Shown: piece after piece, positions 25,481 to 37,105 of the stretch | How positions within the stretch are numbered: position 1 is the stretch's first letter | How the letters are laid out: the number at the start of each line of letters is the position of its first letter | Assembly (NCBI GenBank): GCA_013239625.1 | Contig: MU053934.1 | Span: forward strand, 6,838,399-6,902,398 | DNA: 64,000 nt | Reading direction: 5' to 3' | DNA from: Lama guanicoe | Taxonomy: Eukaryota | The notes under the pieces: generated by a model | The model's database searches: none | What the model was told of the DNA's origin: nothing | Seen by the model: only the letters and a program-made list of their open reading frames with translations | Program-made: the position numbers and the translations under genes

Positions 25481-25619
25481 CTCCCTCTTTCTGATAAAAA
25501 GACCCAAAATTATGAGAGTGCGTTTGTTTTAAAATCTCCAGATTTGGATGTATCACAACTTTCTGCCTTTATTTGGAAACAGTGAGGGGTTTCTCTTCTC
25601 TTTTAACTTTCAAACATTC

Positions 25620-26140
25620 ATTTTAAAATTTGCATACGGTAAACCTCACTCTTTTTGGCAGACAGTTCTCGGGGCTTTGACAAAGGCAGAGTCAGGTAAC
25701 CAGCACCACAGTCGACATAAGCAGCATTCCACACCCCCTCCCCAGTCCCTCCCGGGGGCCCCTCTGTGGTCAGCCCTTCCTCCAGCCTCTGGCCACCACT
25801 GATCTGTTCTCCTTTTGCCTCTTCCAGCAGCTCACAGAAGTGGAATCACACAGCATGTGGCCTCTGGAGTCTGAATTCTTTCTCTTGACGTTAACGCTTT
25901 GAGGCTGGTCCACGCTGCTGCCTTGGGTCCCGTGAGATTCCCTCTCACAGCTGGGCGTGCTTATCAGCCTGAGGACCACGGCTGGTAGCCCCTCCGGGTG
26001 AAGGACGCGGGCTGTTCCCAGATTCTGGTGATTATGGATAAAGCTGCTATAAACATTTCCCGTCTGGGTTTTCGTGTGAGCATGAGTTTCCATTTCTCTT
26101 GGGTAAACACCTGGGAGTGGGGTTCCGGGTCCCGATCAGG
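25620..26140 (-). mobile_element. L1MB/L1MC-type 3' UTR fragment, GC-shifted
   Basis: ctggccaccactgatctgttctcc, ttatggataaagctgctataaacatt and catttctcttgggtaaacacctgggagtggg are collinear with the antisense L1M 3' UTR. Confidence 0.8.
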
Positions 26141-26888
26141 TTTCTAACGACCTCTAAGTTAGACCTGCTACGAGGTTGGGTGGGAGAAGGGCACGGCTCC
26201 GTCAGCTCTGGGTCCCCACCAGGAGCACGAGGATGACAAAGGTCAACTGACTGAGGAGCAAATGTCAGGGGTCACTTCAGCCTCCTCCCATCTGTGCCCT
26301 TTCCCTCAGAATGGAAAAATCGTTGTTTTGGTTTCATTTCCTTTCTCCCACTAATGTTAGGAGGAGGTGCCCAAGAGCAGTAAAAGAATGAAAAGGATCA
26401 AAACAGCCCAGGAAAGGGCTGAATGGCCCCTAAACTGGATGATCAAATCCTGAGTAATTGGGAATCAATATTAAAGGACAAAATAAGACCTAAAAAAACC
26501 CCTCACTATATCCTGTTTTTTTTTCTTTATCACACAACATTACATGTACTTCTAGTGTGCCCTGATCATAAGGGAGGAGGGAAGTTCTAAAGGCGAAGAG
26601 GCTGTTGCCCTAGAGTCAGATGGGGACCCACCGTCCTCACCGTAGTGGCCCCTGGCTGGAGTCTCTCTGCAGAGCAGTCCTGGACAAGGAGGCTTGGGCG
26701 GCTGGACTTGCCCCGTCACTGCCGCTGGGAAGGCAGAGCCACTCTCCTCATCACCCCGGGCCCTGGTCCTGCCCAAACGTAGCCCTGGCACAGCTCAGGG
26801 CCGGGGCACCAGCCCTCCCTGCCTTGTCTGTCTCCATAGCTCTAGCCGTTATTCAAACAGTCCTTATTGCTAGAACAGTCACGGCAAC

Positions 26889-27223
26889 TGTACCAGTCTG
26901 GGTTCTCCAGGGAAACAGAACCAGTAAGATGTATATATGGAGGCTGGGAAGTCCTAAGATCTGCAGTCAGCAAGCTGGAGACCCCGGGGAGCCGATGGTA
27001 TAAATTTCAGCCCCAGGAGAAAACCCAGGTCCCAACCCAAAGACAGGCAGAGAGCAAATTCTCCCTTCTTCCGCCTCCCTGGATCCACACTGGGAGGGGG
27101 ATCCACTTGACTCAGTCTACTGATTCAAACATGAATCTCACCCAGACACACCCAGAATGATGCTCGACCAGATGTCGGGGCACCCGTGGCCCGGTCCAGT
27201 TGACATGCACGATGAACCATCCC
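26889..27223 (-). mobile_element. ERVL MLT2-type solo LTR with an internal deletion
   Basis: gggttctccagggaaacagaaccagtaaga...ctcagtctactgattcaaa...gggcacccgtggcccggtccagttgaca. Confidence 0.8.
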
Positions 27224-27689
27224 AGAAACCAGGGATGAAGAACAGTCCTCATCACCTCCGCCCGCCCAGGTGGTGCACATGTGGGGCAGCCCCTCCTCCC
27301 CGAGTAGGGCGTGGTGGGGCGATGCCTCCTCAGGCCTGGCCGCAGGTCCTGTGCTGGGGTCTGGCTGCAGGAGGCCAGGCCAGGGAGGGGAGGAGGGCAG
27401 CCGGTGATGGCTCCTGGGTCTACGCATGAGTTTTGCAGTGTATCCCCTGAGTTCCACTGCAGCCTGCCCCCGGGCCAGGGATGGGGACTGTGTTTAGCTC
27501 TGGTGCTGCAGGGCCTGCAGGTGCAGACGTGCCATCCCTGCTTCCCGCTACTGCTTCCGGGCTAGTCTTCTGCCTCTTCTCCTCAAGGCTGCCCTCCGCA
27601 CCTCCTGTCATCAGCTCTTCTTACCTGTCACCTGTCACCTCTCCTTGAGGCAGGTGCCCAGCCCTCCAGGCCATGCTGCCTTCAGTCCT

Positions 27690-29135
27690 TAAAGATCTTA
27701 CTGTCCCCACCCTCCAACTGCTTCTGTCTTCCTGGTGATTCCAGAATCCATGTAGATGGTCTTTTGGCCTCTCAGTCCTTTACTTCCTCTCCTCCAATGG
27801 CTTTATCCTCCTCAAAGCCCAATGACCCAAGGCACACTCTAGACCTTGCACCACATCCAGGTCCTCCAGACCCTCAGTCTCTAGCACTTTCCAGTCACCA
27901 CCTCCTACCATCCATTCCCTGCTTCTGGATTTCCACTTCCAACAATCCTTGAGCACCTCAGGGCCTATGTGAGCCATGATCCTACTCTCACCCCATCCTC
28001 ACTCACAATCACTCTAACACCTGGACCCCCTCTCCATCCTCATCCTACTTGCCTGGGGAAAGCCCGACTCTGGTTAGACCCCACCCTCTGCCCACCTGTG
28101 CCCACACCTACACGCCTCAACGGGCAGGAGGCAAACACACATCTCCACTGACCACTCTCACTCACGATCAGAACTGCTCACCCCGACGGGCCCCACTGCC
28201 ATCCAGTTCAGTCCCTGCCTTCACTCCTTGGGGAAAATTCCCACCTCCCCTCTCTGCTCCCCCCATCTGCTCTATTTTCCTGAGGAAAAGGAGAACCTGA
28301 CTAGCAAAGAACTCAGGATCCCTCAGAACCCCTTGTCTCCATCCTTCTATTTGTTCAGACTAAGCCTTGGAGTCATCCCCACGCCCTCTGCTCCTCTCGC
28401 CCCAGCCCCACCTCTACCTGCACAGTGTCACCAGAATACAGCCCCCTCACGTCCCCTCTATGCCACCACCCACTCTGAGTCCCTGCCTCCCCCCGATTGT
28501 CATGGAGCCTCCCCACTGAGCTCCCATCTCTGCCTCTGTGTCCTTCCCCAGTCTGTGCTCAGCAGCCAGAGGTATCCCTTACCAGCCAGGTCACATCACA
28601 CTTGCATACCATTTCGATGGCTTCATGTCACTCGAGGTCAAAGCCAATGTCCTTGAGCCCCCGCAGGCTCTCTAGGACCCAACACTGCCCCCACCTGTCA
28701 CCTTCTGTCCAGTCACCCCACCTTCTCTCTCGAGCTCACCAACTTGCCACACCGGCCTCCCAAACTGGCTCCCACCTGAGCCTTGACACTTGCTGTTCAC
28801 TCTGCCACGATCCCTGCCTGACCCCATTTCCATGACAGTCCCTCCTGTCACCGTTCTACAGGCTCGGCTAAAATGTTCCTCTCCGAGGGAGGCCTTTCCA
28901 GGCCGCTCCATCTGAAATGGCACCTTCCCCAAACTGCGTCTCCCTCCTTGCCTGTGTTCCTCCTTGGTGCTACGTGCAATGTCTTTTTTTTTTTATCTTT
29001 ATTTACCTTGTTTGATATCCTTCTCCCCTCACTGTAATGTGTGCCCTGTGGGAGCAGAGAGTTGTCATTTATCCACTGCTGAGTCCCCAGCACGGCACCG
29101 CAGCAGGCACGTAGCAGGAACTCAGTAGGATTCTG
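27690..29135 (+). mobile_element. L2 LINE remnant (ORF2 pieces through the 3' end)
   Basis: Pyrimidine-rich; ggcacactctagacctt encodes an endonuclease GHTLDL motif; ends with an L2 tail (agcacggcaccgcagcaggcacgtagcaggaactcag). Confidence 0.7.
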
Positions 29136-29689
29136 CTCTCCTGCGCTGCCGCACTCACCTGGGACCTCCTCTGGGAGCCGTATCCCGTCCCTTCTGGCCA
29201 ACTTAAGCCGTTGCTTTGGAAATTCTCCCTGGCTCCTGCATCGTTCCCCCGTTATAGGGTCACTTCCACCAGTGTACAAACGTACAAATACACGGTAATT
29301 TCTCCCTTCTTTAAAAACAACAACAATAAAAACCTCACAAAAGTCTCTCTTGGCCTAGCATCACTTTCTAAGAACCAGGCCATTTCCTGGATCCCTGGAT
29401 CTTCTAGCAAAACTCTTTGAAAGAACATCAGTTTGGCTGGGTCACTTACCTGTCTCCCATTCTCTCCAGATTGCACTCTGATTTCATCCCCTCCTCTGTC
29501 TGAAATAATCTTATCAAGGTCCAATGACCTTGGATTACAGCACCGGCCCTGTCCCAGGCCACATCCACTTGACCCAGGGATCCCCTCCCGCCTTCCAGGT
29601 ACTGGGACCATCCTTGCCTGGTTTCTCCTGAGCAGGTTGGTGAGGGAGGGGCTCAGCAGTGGAGATGGCTGTGGAAGGCCTGAGGGGCC

Positions 29690-29950
29690 CACTAGACCCT
29701 GAATGGAGATTTTGAGTAGGACGCTGGACATTCAAGTCCAGAGCTGGGGTGAGGTTCTGGCCAGAGGTCTAAGGCGAGAGTCCAAGTCCCCTGGTGGGAT
29801 TTAAAGCCACAAGATGAAGTGAGATTGTCACAGGAATGAGTGTGGACAGGGAGAAGAGGTTTGAGGATGGCCTGGGACTTGCCCCCCTTTAGAGGCTGGG
29901 GTGATAAGAAACCAGCAAAGGATGCTGAGAAGGAGCCATCAAGCGAGGAG
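29690..29950 (-). mobile_element. L2 fragment
   Basis: gatttaaagccacaagatgaagtgagattgtcacaggaatgagtgtggacagggagaagagg resembles antisense L2 ORF2. Confidence 0.6.
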
Positions 29951-30029
29951 ACTGGGCTATAAAAGACAGTGACTTGCTGATCTCCCCTGCCCCACCACCT
30001 CCCCTCCTCCTCCGGCCACTTGCTTACCC

Positions 30030-30328
30030 GGATCTGTTCTGTGAGCTGTCCTGCGGAGAGGCCCACACAGATAGGAGCTGAGGGCAGCTTTCAGCCCACA
30101 GTCTGCCAGGAACTGAATCCTGCCAACAACCACGTGAGGGAGCTTGGCCGTGGGTCCTTCCCAAGCCAAGCCTTGAGTCAGTCACAGCCCTAGTGACACC
30201 CATAGTCAGACAACCCAGCTAAGCGGCTCCCAGACACCTGATCCACATAAAGTGTGAAATGATAAATGTCTGTTGCTTGAAGCTAAGATCTGGGGTAACT
30301 TGTTAGACAGCAGTGGTTAACTAACACA
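30030..30328 (+). mobile_element. MaLR LTR 3' part (MLT1F-like)
   Basis: aggaactgaatcctgccaacaaccacgtgag...acccagctaagc...ggggtaacttgttagacagcagtggttaactaacaca. Confidence 0.8.
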
Positions 30329-30499
30329 GCATATAAAATGCTCATCACAATGCCTGGCCATGGTACTCAGTAAATGACCAGCAATGACCATTCTGTGTAT
30401 ACAGGGGGCATTCAAAAGACTTAGAAAATTCAAGAATATAAACCTATTCACCAGGTTCTCAACTTGGCCCCTTTACAATGGACCCGTGTCCTTCACTAC

Positions 30500-31480
30500 T
30501 TTATAAAGTTATTCATAAAAGAGGTGTGTTGATGTCAGAATCCAGAGGAGAAAAACCATGTGTGCAGTGTGCTACCGTTTAACTAGAAAGGGGAGGTGGT
30601 TCAAGCATATAAGGGTATTTGTTTATATTAAAACAACAAAAGAAAGGAAAACCTGAGAAATAAGATCATGCAAAGCAGGAGAGAGGGAACAGTGCAGAGA
30701 GGATGGGGTGGAACTAGACTTCCCTAAACATCTAGGCAGCAACCTTGTTTTGTAGTTTGTACTTTGGAACCATGCAAATACTTGACTTAATTATAAATGG
30801 AAATTAAATTGAAATGAAAAAAAAATCCCCTAAAAAACAAAAGCAAATGAAACAAACAGTTGTATAAAGTTGATGACTCAGCCACTCAGTAGGAACTATT
30901 TCAGAAGAAAGTGATTTGACTGTACATGCCAGATAAGATCCTCTAAAGATTAAAAAAAAAAAGCAAATAAATTTTGGATTGCTTTCAGTAATCATATTGT
31001 TAGCAGCAATATTGATATTTTCCGAAATATATAACATAAAATAAATGTACTATATTATATATTATAATACATATTATATAATAAATTACTTATAATTATA
31101 GGTATGCATAAAACAAATAAATAATTATGTTAATTTTTTAGGAGCCAAGATTTTCTGCATGAGAGAAAAAGGAAACAAATATAAAATTTAAAAAGATAAG
31201 TAAAAACCCTACCACCCTAAATTTAAGCTAGAAACATAAGCATACCTCATTACGCATTTTCTTTTTAAAACAAAAGTTATTTCCCATGTCTGTCCACTAA
31301 AAATGCCTGGAAACTAATGACCAGCCAGTAGCAAAGCACTCGGCCCCCAGACTGTAGTCTCTAAACATAATTTGCCACTTAAAGGAGCTAGAGCTCCTTG
31401 GTTGATTCCAAGTCTGGGCAAAAAGAAAGGACAAGATGAACTTGTAATATCTGTACACTAGGAAGCTCTCACAGACTACC
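30500..31480 (+). mobile_element. Old L1MC-type 3' UTR
   Basis: A-rich; tttggaaccatgcaaata, ggagccaagatttt, cccagactgtagtctctaaa and ttaaaggagctagagctccttgg are L1MC4/5-like blocks. Confidence 0.6.
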
Positions 31481-31839
31481 CCGGCTCTTCCTCTTCCCTT
31501 CCCTGCTTTATAAAATATTTATTGGCTTTTTCCTTCTCTTTTTTAAAATCAGAAAGCCACTAGGCAGATGTAAACAAGGTAGGTTGTTAGGAGCAGGCAG
31601 GCTGTAGTCGGGTTTGGGGGGCGGGGGTGTCGGGCCCCATACTCAAGGTGGACGGCAGCCCACGAGGTCAGGAGATGGGTGTCAACAGAGGGACTGAAAC
31701 AATGGGAGACCAGTTTCTCTCCGACAGAGAAGGGAGCTACAAATTATGGAAAGTGAGAAAGCTAGAATGACCCTGTAGACCTGGACTGGAATTGGAAGCA
31801 ATGCTGGATACTCATGGTGGGTTTTTTTTTTTTTAACAG

Positions 31840-32191
31840 CAACATTATTTATAATTGCCAAGATATGGAAGCATCCTAAGTGCACATCAGTAGATGAATG
31901 GATAAAGACGTAGCATATATAGGCAAAGGAATACAACTCACCTATAAAAAAGAAGGATATTTTGCCATTTTAGGCCCTTCATTCACTTTTTTTTTTTTCA
32001 CTTCAAAAACCAGAATTTTATAACTGGCATAAACATTTCCATTGCATCAAAAACAACAAAATACCTAGAAATAAACTTAACAAAGGAGGTTATCTATACT
32101 CTGAAAACTGTAAAACATTGATGAAAAAAAATTGAAGATGATACAAAGAAATGGAAAGGTATCTTGTGCTCTTTGGATTGGAAGAATCAAC
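31840..32191 (+). mobile_element. Composite younger-L1 insert with two ORF2 pieces out of order
   Basis: An ORF2 C-terminal piece (attatttataattgccaagatatggaagcatcctaagtg) precedes a more upstream ORF2 piece (aaatacctagaaataaacttaac...ggattggaagaatcaa); flanked by actcatggtg..ttttaacag direct repeats. Confidence 0.7.
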
Positions 32192-32214
32192 ACTCATGGT
32201 GTTTTAACAGACGA

Positions 32215-33322
32215 GAGGGGAGAAATGGAAACACACTATTGTAAGGTTCTTGCATTTTCCATGAAGTGGTATGTTATCACCTAAAGGTGGACTATGACGA
32301 GTTGAAGTTGTACTCTAAGCCCCTGAAGTAACCATTAAAATAATAAAAGACTTATAACTAATAAGCTAATAAATGAGATATAATAGAATTCTAAGTATGT
32401 CTAATTATGCTAAAAGGAGGCAGAAAAAGAGGAAAAGAGAAACAAAAAAACAGATAGGAAAAACAGAAAATGAACAGCAAGATGGCAGATTTAAACCTAA
32501 CCATATTACTGGTCACCTTCAATATAAGTGGTTTAAATATCCAAATTTAAAGGCAGAGATTGATTGGATAAAAAAGCAAGGTCCAGTTGTATGTTTTCTA
32601 TAAGAAACATATTTCAAATACAAAGAAAAAAATAGATTAAAACTAAAAGGATGGAAAAAGATATACTTGGCTATCACTAGTCAAAATTAAAAACTGGAGT
32701 CACTATATTAAGATCAGACCAAGCAGATTTTAGAGCAAAAGGTGTTACCAGGGATAAATAAGGTATATAATGATGCTCAAGGGGTCAGTTCATCAAGAGG
32801 ACGTATCAATCCTAAATGTTTGTACACTTAATAGCAGAGCTTCAAAATGCTTAAAGCAAAAACTGATAGATCTGCAAAGAGAAATAGATGAACGGACAAT
32901 TACAGTTGAAGATTTTAATGCCCTTCTTTCAATAATTGATACAACAAGTGGACAAAAAAAACAGTAAGTACTTAGAAGACTTGAATAACTAACCTGACCT
33001 AATTGACATTTATAGAACACTTTACACAACAATAGAAGAATACACATCCTTCCCAAATTCACACAGAACATTTACTAAGATAGACAGTATTAAACAAGTC
33101 TCAGTGCATTTAAAAGGATTCAGGTCACACAAAGTATGCTTTCTTATCACAATGGAATTAAGTTAGAAAGTGGTATCAGGAAGATCTCTGAAAATGCCCA
33201 AATATTTGAAAACTATCACACTTCTAAATAACCCACGGGCCAAAAAAGAAGTCAGGAGAGAAATTTAAAAGTATTTTGAACTGCCTGAAAAGGAAAATGC
33301 AACATATCAAAATTTGTGGGAT
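32215..33322 (+). mobile_element. Old L1M inter-ORF region and ORF2 endonuclease region
   Basis: ORF 32770-32967 (KGSVHQEDVSILNV...TITVEDFNALLSIID) is the L1 ORF2 EN domain, with frameshifts and stops around it. Confidence 0.9.
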
Positions 33323-34392
33323 CATTAGCTATAAATGCTTTGTAGATGCTGTTCATCAAGTTCAAAAAATTTCTCTCTATTCCCAGTTTGCTGAGAGGTT
33401 TTTTTAATCACGAATGGACACTAGATTTTGTCAAATCCTTCTGCATTAGTTGATAAGATCAGATACCTTTTCTTCTTTAGCAGCCTATTGATAGGGCAGG
33501 TTATGTTAATTGAGCTTTGAATATTGTGGCAGCCTTGCTTATGTAGAAAGCATCCCGCTTGGTTGTGGTATGTAATTCTCTTTATATATTGCTGGGTTTG
33601 ATCTGTTAATACTTTGTTGAGGATTTCTCTATATTCATGGTTATACTGGTCTGTAGTCTTCTTTTTTTCATGCTGTCTTTGGTTTTTACATCAGGGCAAT
33701 ACTCAAATACTTTTATATCAGGCCTCGTAAAAGGATTTGAGAAGTATTCTCTACTAATTTCAGGAAGAGACTGTGTAATATTGGTGTTAATTTTCCATTA
33801 AATATTTGGTAGAATTCTTTATTGAACCCGCCTGGACCTAGAGGTTTTTTTAATGGAAGATTTCAAATGACAAATTCAATTTCTTTAACGGTTACAGGAC
33901 TTTGCATATTATGTATTTCATCTTGGCTGAGTTTTGGTAGTCTGTGGTTCTCAAGGAATTGGTTCGTTTCATCTTAGTTATCAACTTGTGAGTCTGAAGC
34001 TGTTTGTAGCACCCTTGGCTGTCCTTGCGATGGCTGTAGGATCTGTGCTGATGTCCTTGCGTCATTCCTGATATTGGTCATTTGTGTTTTTTCTCTTTTT
34101 GCCTTGTCAGTCTTTCTAGAGGTTTTTGTTTGTGTTTTCAAAGGACCAGTTTTTGTTTCATCGATTTTGGGGTATTGCTTTCCTGTTTTCCATCTCATTG
34201 ACTTCCACTCTTTATCTTTCCTTCCTTCTGCTTGCTTGGGCTTGTTTTGTTCTCCTTCTACTTGCTTGAGGTGGGTATTTAGGTTGCTGGTGACCCTTTT
34301 CACGTACAAGCACGTCACGCTTTATACTTCCCTCTCAGTTCCACTCTACCTGCATGCCACAAGTTTCAGTATATTTTCATTTTCAGTTCTAC
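33323..34392 (-). mobile_element. L1M ORF2 segment in inverted orientation
   Basis: T-rich antisense ORF2 (tctattcccagtttgctgagagg, ttggtagaattc); ORF 33974-34318 is L1 ORF2 linker-like. Confidence 0.9.
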
Positions 34393-34439
34393 ACAGATGG
34401 TTATTTTTTTAAAGTGGTGCCTAGAGCTGTTTAGAGGAG

Positions 34440-34875
34440 GCAAAGACAGCTGGCCACTAAAAGGCGTGTTCCTGCCCTCAACAGCATGGACATGTTGCCA
34501 GGAAGTGGCTGTCCAACCAGGGACTATGTGTCCAAGTTGTCCTTATCTCTGGTGAGGCAGCATGAACAGTTCTTGCCAATGGAGTGTGAAAAGTACAGTA
34601 TGTCACTTCCAAGCCAATGTAGTTAAGAAATAAATATTCTTTCTTCACCCTCTCCCTTTCCATGACGGAGGCAGGCAAGGATGAGGATGCAGCCTTAGGG
34701 GGTAGTGCAGCCAAAAGATGGAGAGGATACAGTCCCTGAATCCCTGTGTGGAGCAAAGCCTCCCACCAACCATGAACACTCATGTTATATGAGTGAGACA
34801 CACGTATTTTGTGTTAAGCCATTAATGGTTTGGGATTTATCTGTTAATGACAACTAGCATTTCCCTGCTGTTAAC
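34440..34875 (+). mobile_element. MaLR LTR (MLT1J-like)
   Basis: gttcttgccaatggagtgtga...gccaaaagatggagagga...tgtgttaagccatt...tttgggatttatctgtta. Confidence 0.7.
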
Positions 34876-36529
34876 CTCAAAAATCGTCAGTGTAACTTGA
34901 AAGACATCTTCTAATAACCCATTAAGGACATGGCATCCACAAACAGACCTGAACTTACTGACTTTCTCCAGAATCAAATCTTGGGTATGAGAGGCCTTAT
35001 ATTTATTGCTTTGTTATACCTACTATATTGAGAATATAAAAAAGAATATTTTGGACCTGAGACCTGATCAGAAGTCCCAGTTTGGAAGCATTTGGGAGCG
35101 ATTCAGAAACCACAGGCCCCAGAGCTATCATCTCTGACAATGCTGGCCCCGACCGCTGCTCTTCCCCCATCAATGTCTGCTGAAGACAGGTGTCTGGAGA
35201 AATGAGAACCTCTGCACTGTCTCACCACAATGGGCACATGGAGAGGAGCTGATGCTCTTAGGCACTGAACCTGTTCTCATTCTTTATGTCTCGTTTCTGT
35301 AAATCAGAGAGGACGTGGTCCGGAACTGTGTACAAAACACACCACCAAACCGCCTCTCAGTGTGTTTCCAATTAAAACAAATGAACTGCTCTAGTCTCAG
35401 ATCTCTTTCGTATCACTTGCCCTATCTGTCTCACTGACCTCCTCTTTTTTAGCAAAATGTACTTATATTTAAAATAGAAAGTGAGTGGTTATATTTTTCA
35501 AAGCTCAGTGTCTTCCGACCAGGCCAAATGAGGGTGCTTTCTCCCCATCTTTTTTTCTCCGCACTTCCTCTCATACGAAAGCTATTGAATTTGCGCTATT
35601 AAGTCCTATCTGGTTTATAAGCTCTGATTTATGGAACAAATTACCTATGTAGCACTCAAGAAGGAACCTGTCTGTCAGATAACACTGGAGTTTCATTTCA
35701 CCGCCCTGCCCCCACCCCCATTTATTCATTCATGGCAGGGAAAGATCCAGAAGGCCAGAGCAATTTCATCAGCCCTTGGAATTCACGTACTGTGAGCCTC
35801 CTCTCCCCAGATCACGCCGCTACCATAAATAGACATCACGTGGCTTCCTTTTATGATAAGGTCAGAGGAAACGAGTGCACAGGGAGAAGCCGTTAGGAGA
35901 GTCAGAGCTCTGAGTTTGGGGTATAAAACCTGAACTGTGCTAGTCCTCTTGCCTGGGGGCTGGATCAGAAAGGAGGGGCCATGTGGACGACTCGGTTCAC
36001 ATCCCCAGGCAACTCCCCCGGATGCCTGAGCGGCTCCCTGACTCCCAGCAGTGGTCTCTGCCCTCAGCCATCCTCACCCCCTCGTGGGGAGGCCTGCAGA
36101 CTCCTTCTCGCCCCACCGGCCTTGCCGGGCTCCGGGGCTCCCCCAGCTCATTCTCTGATAGAGCTGTCAGTTTTTACTGCTGATGGGAGAAATCATTTTC
36201 TGTCTTTGCTGAATGTTAATTGGCTTTTCCCCGCTCTTTCATTCAGTTTGTACATGTGGTCCCCTCGCTCTTCCACCACCCCAAGGGCAAGGTACCGTAG
36301 AGGAGCAGTCAGGGAAGACAAGGAAGGTGGTTCTTGCGAAACTGTTAATTGGTAATTGCAAAATCCGAGGTTAAGAAAAAGCTAAAGAAGAGTGTGGGGT
36401 CGAGGGGAGGGTAGCCAGGCACGCTGGTAGTTCCGCAGGAGTTTTACTGCCTGTGTGCTCACGGCTACAGCACCTACCACTGTACAGAGCTCAGTACTGA
36501 ATAGGGAGACCTGCGAAGCCAGCTGGGTC

Positions 36530-36900
36530 TGGTTGAAACATCCACTGAGCATCTTTGAGGCACCAGGCACCAGACAGATCCTAGAGGTGCAGAGATGACT
36601 AAGACGTAGCCACAGGGGACAAATCAATAAACTGGGGACATTGGTTTCCATGTGACCAGAGCAGTGGCAGAAATAAGCCAGGATACTGCAGGACCCACAG
36701 AGCATCAGAAACTTCCTGGAGAACGCCAAGCTGCAGCTCAGCTGTATAGGGTAACTAGGGGTCGGCAGGGGATCCCAGGTGGAGGAGGCAGTCTGTGCAG
36801 AGTCCTGGTGCAGTGAACAGGGTGGTGCGTGGGAGGAGGTTAAAGTCACGTGGGGGACTGGGTCACAGCAGTGCTTGGGTGCCTGAGCAGGTTTTTTCAC
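36530..36900 (-). mobile_element. L2 3' region
   Basis: aaacatccactgagcatctttgaggcaccaggcac...agagatgactaagac. Confidence 0.6.
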
Positions 36901-36924
36901 CATCTAATTTCATGCCCTTAAAAA

Positions 36925-37105
36925 AATAGTCTTACTGAGATTTAATTTATACTCCATAAATTCACTGCTTAAAGTGTACAACTCAGTGGGTTTAAATTTT
37001 TTTCTGTGTATTTAAAGAGTAATATTTTTATGTATTTATAGAGTTGTGCACCCATCACCATGATCTAATTTTAGAACATTTTCATCATCACTGAAAGAAA
37101 CCTTC
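36925..37105 (-). mobile_element. L1MB-type 3' terminus
   Basis: ttaaagtgtacaactcagtgg...agagttgtgcacccatcacca...ttttagaacattttcatca. Confidence 0.8.

Noticed and set aside
32770..32967. ORF with endonuclease-like motifs
   Set aside because: It is a decayed L1 ORF2 fragment, not a host gene.
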